From: an uncultured Gammaproteobacteria bacterium
GTDB lineage: Bacteria > Pseudomonadota > Gammaproteobacteria > GCA-001735895
Reading direction: 5' to 3'
Assembly (NCBI GenBank): GCA_964544945.1
Contig: CAZJEJ010000001.1
Span: forward strand, 21,820 to 59,800
Length of the DNA: 37,981 bases
Each line of letters begins with the position of its first letter. Position 1 is the first letter of the stretch. The notes under the pieces were generated by a model. That model was not told the DNA's origin and did not search any database. It saw nothing but the letters and a program-made list of their open reading frames with translations. Below, in pieces: positions 37,480 to 37,981 of the stretch. A program made the translations under genes and the position numbers.

Positions 37480-37981
37480 ATGGTAGGTAGTGTCGCCACC
37501 AACGATTTGATGGTTTTTACAGGAAATGCCAATCCCGCGCTGGCAAAAACCATTGTGCGCCACCTGGATATACCGCTTGGAATAGCCTCGGTGGGTAAAT
37601 TTAGCGACGGGGAAACATCCGTCGAAATCGGTGAAAATGTACGCGGCAAGGATGTATTCGTCATCCAGCCGACCTGTGTGCCCACGAATGATAATTTGAT
37701 GGAACTGCTGGTCATGATCGACGCGGTCAACCGCGCTTCATCAAATCGTGTGACCGCCGTCATTCCGTATTTTGGATATGCGCGGCAGGATCGGCGGGTA
37801 CGCTCGCAGCGTGTGCCGATTACGGCCAAGGTAGTCGCCAACATGCTGACAAGTATCGGTGTCGACCGAGTTTTAACCATCGACCTGCATGCGGATCAAA
37901 TCCAGGGGTTTTTCGAATGCCCGGTAGATAATGTTTACGCTTCGCCGATTTTGATGGGCGATATCTGGAAGCAGAAATATC
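37480..37981 (+). CDS. prs: Ribose-phosphate pyrophosphokinase, 3' partial (runs off the window)
   Basis: My own translation, as this gene is not in the supplied ORF track: [91 protein letters not shown] at 37480 is preceded by GAGAG, with an alternative ATG at 37510. Confidence 0.93.
   Translation, partial: MVGSVATNDLMVFTGNANPALAKTIVRHLDIPLGIASVGKFSDGETSVEIGENVRGKDVFVIQPTCVPTNDNLMELLVMIDAVNRASSNRVTAVIPYFGYARQDRRVRSQRVPITAKVVANMLTSIGVDRVLTIDLHADQIQGFFECPVDNVYASPILMGDIWKQKY

Overview
This is a chromosomal, mostly housekeeping segment of a moderate-GC Gammaproteobacterium. I count 38 supportable protein genes (one further very doubtful small ORF is also listed) and one tRNA.

Core synteny blocks:
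- gatCAB divergent from mreBCD-rnd
- gmk-rpoZ-spoT-ridA-recG
- moeA-moaE, then uvrD
- hemA-prfA-prmC (minus strand) divergent from TPR lipoprotein-lolB-ispE-tRNA-Gln(UUG)-prs

I see no CRISPR array, transposase, integrase, phage genes, rRNA or recognisable defence system.

Candidates for undescribed biology, most interesting first:
1. A 713-aa single-chain fusion of a DEDDh (DnaQ/RNase T-like) exonuclease, a CBS pair and a DUF294-type Pol-beta nucleotidyltransferase (3168-5309). It is packed into the tail of the gatCAB operon with an SDR and an orphan CxxC protein.
2. A translationally coupled GNAT / LicA-like choline-kinase-family / LicB-like DMT transporter cassette directly behind rbgA (902-3171).
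3. A secreted protein built from two copies of a Cys-pair domain (15929-16657).
4. A 19-bp duplication of the tRNA-Gln 3' end flanking a 140-bp insert, which looks like an att-type scar (37274-37451).
5. An AT-rich patch holding an orphan fetB-type permease with no ATPase partner (29079-30297).

All family calls come from motif and sequence recognition by eye. No HMM or BLAST search was run. Start codons were chosen by homology to typical N-termini and by Shine-Dalgarno inspection.
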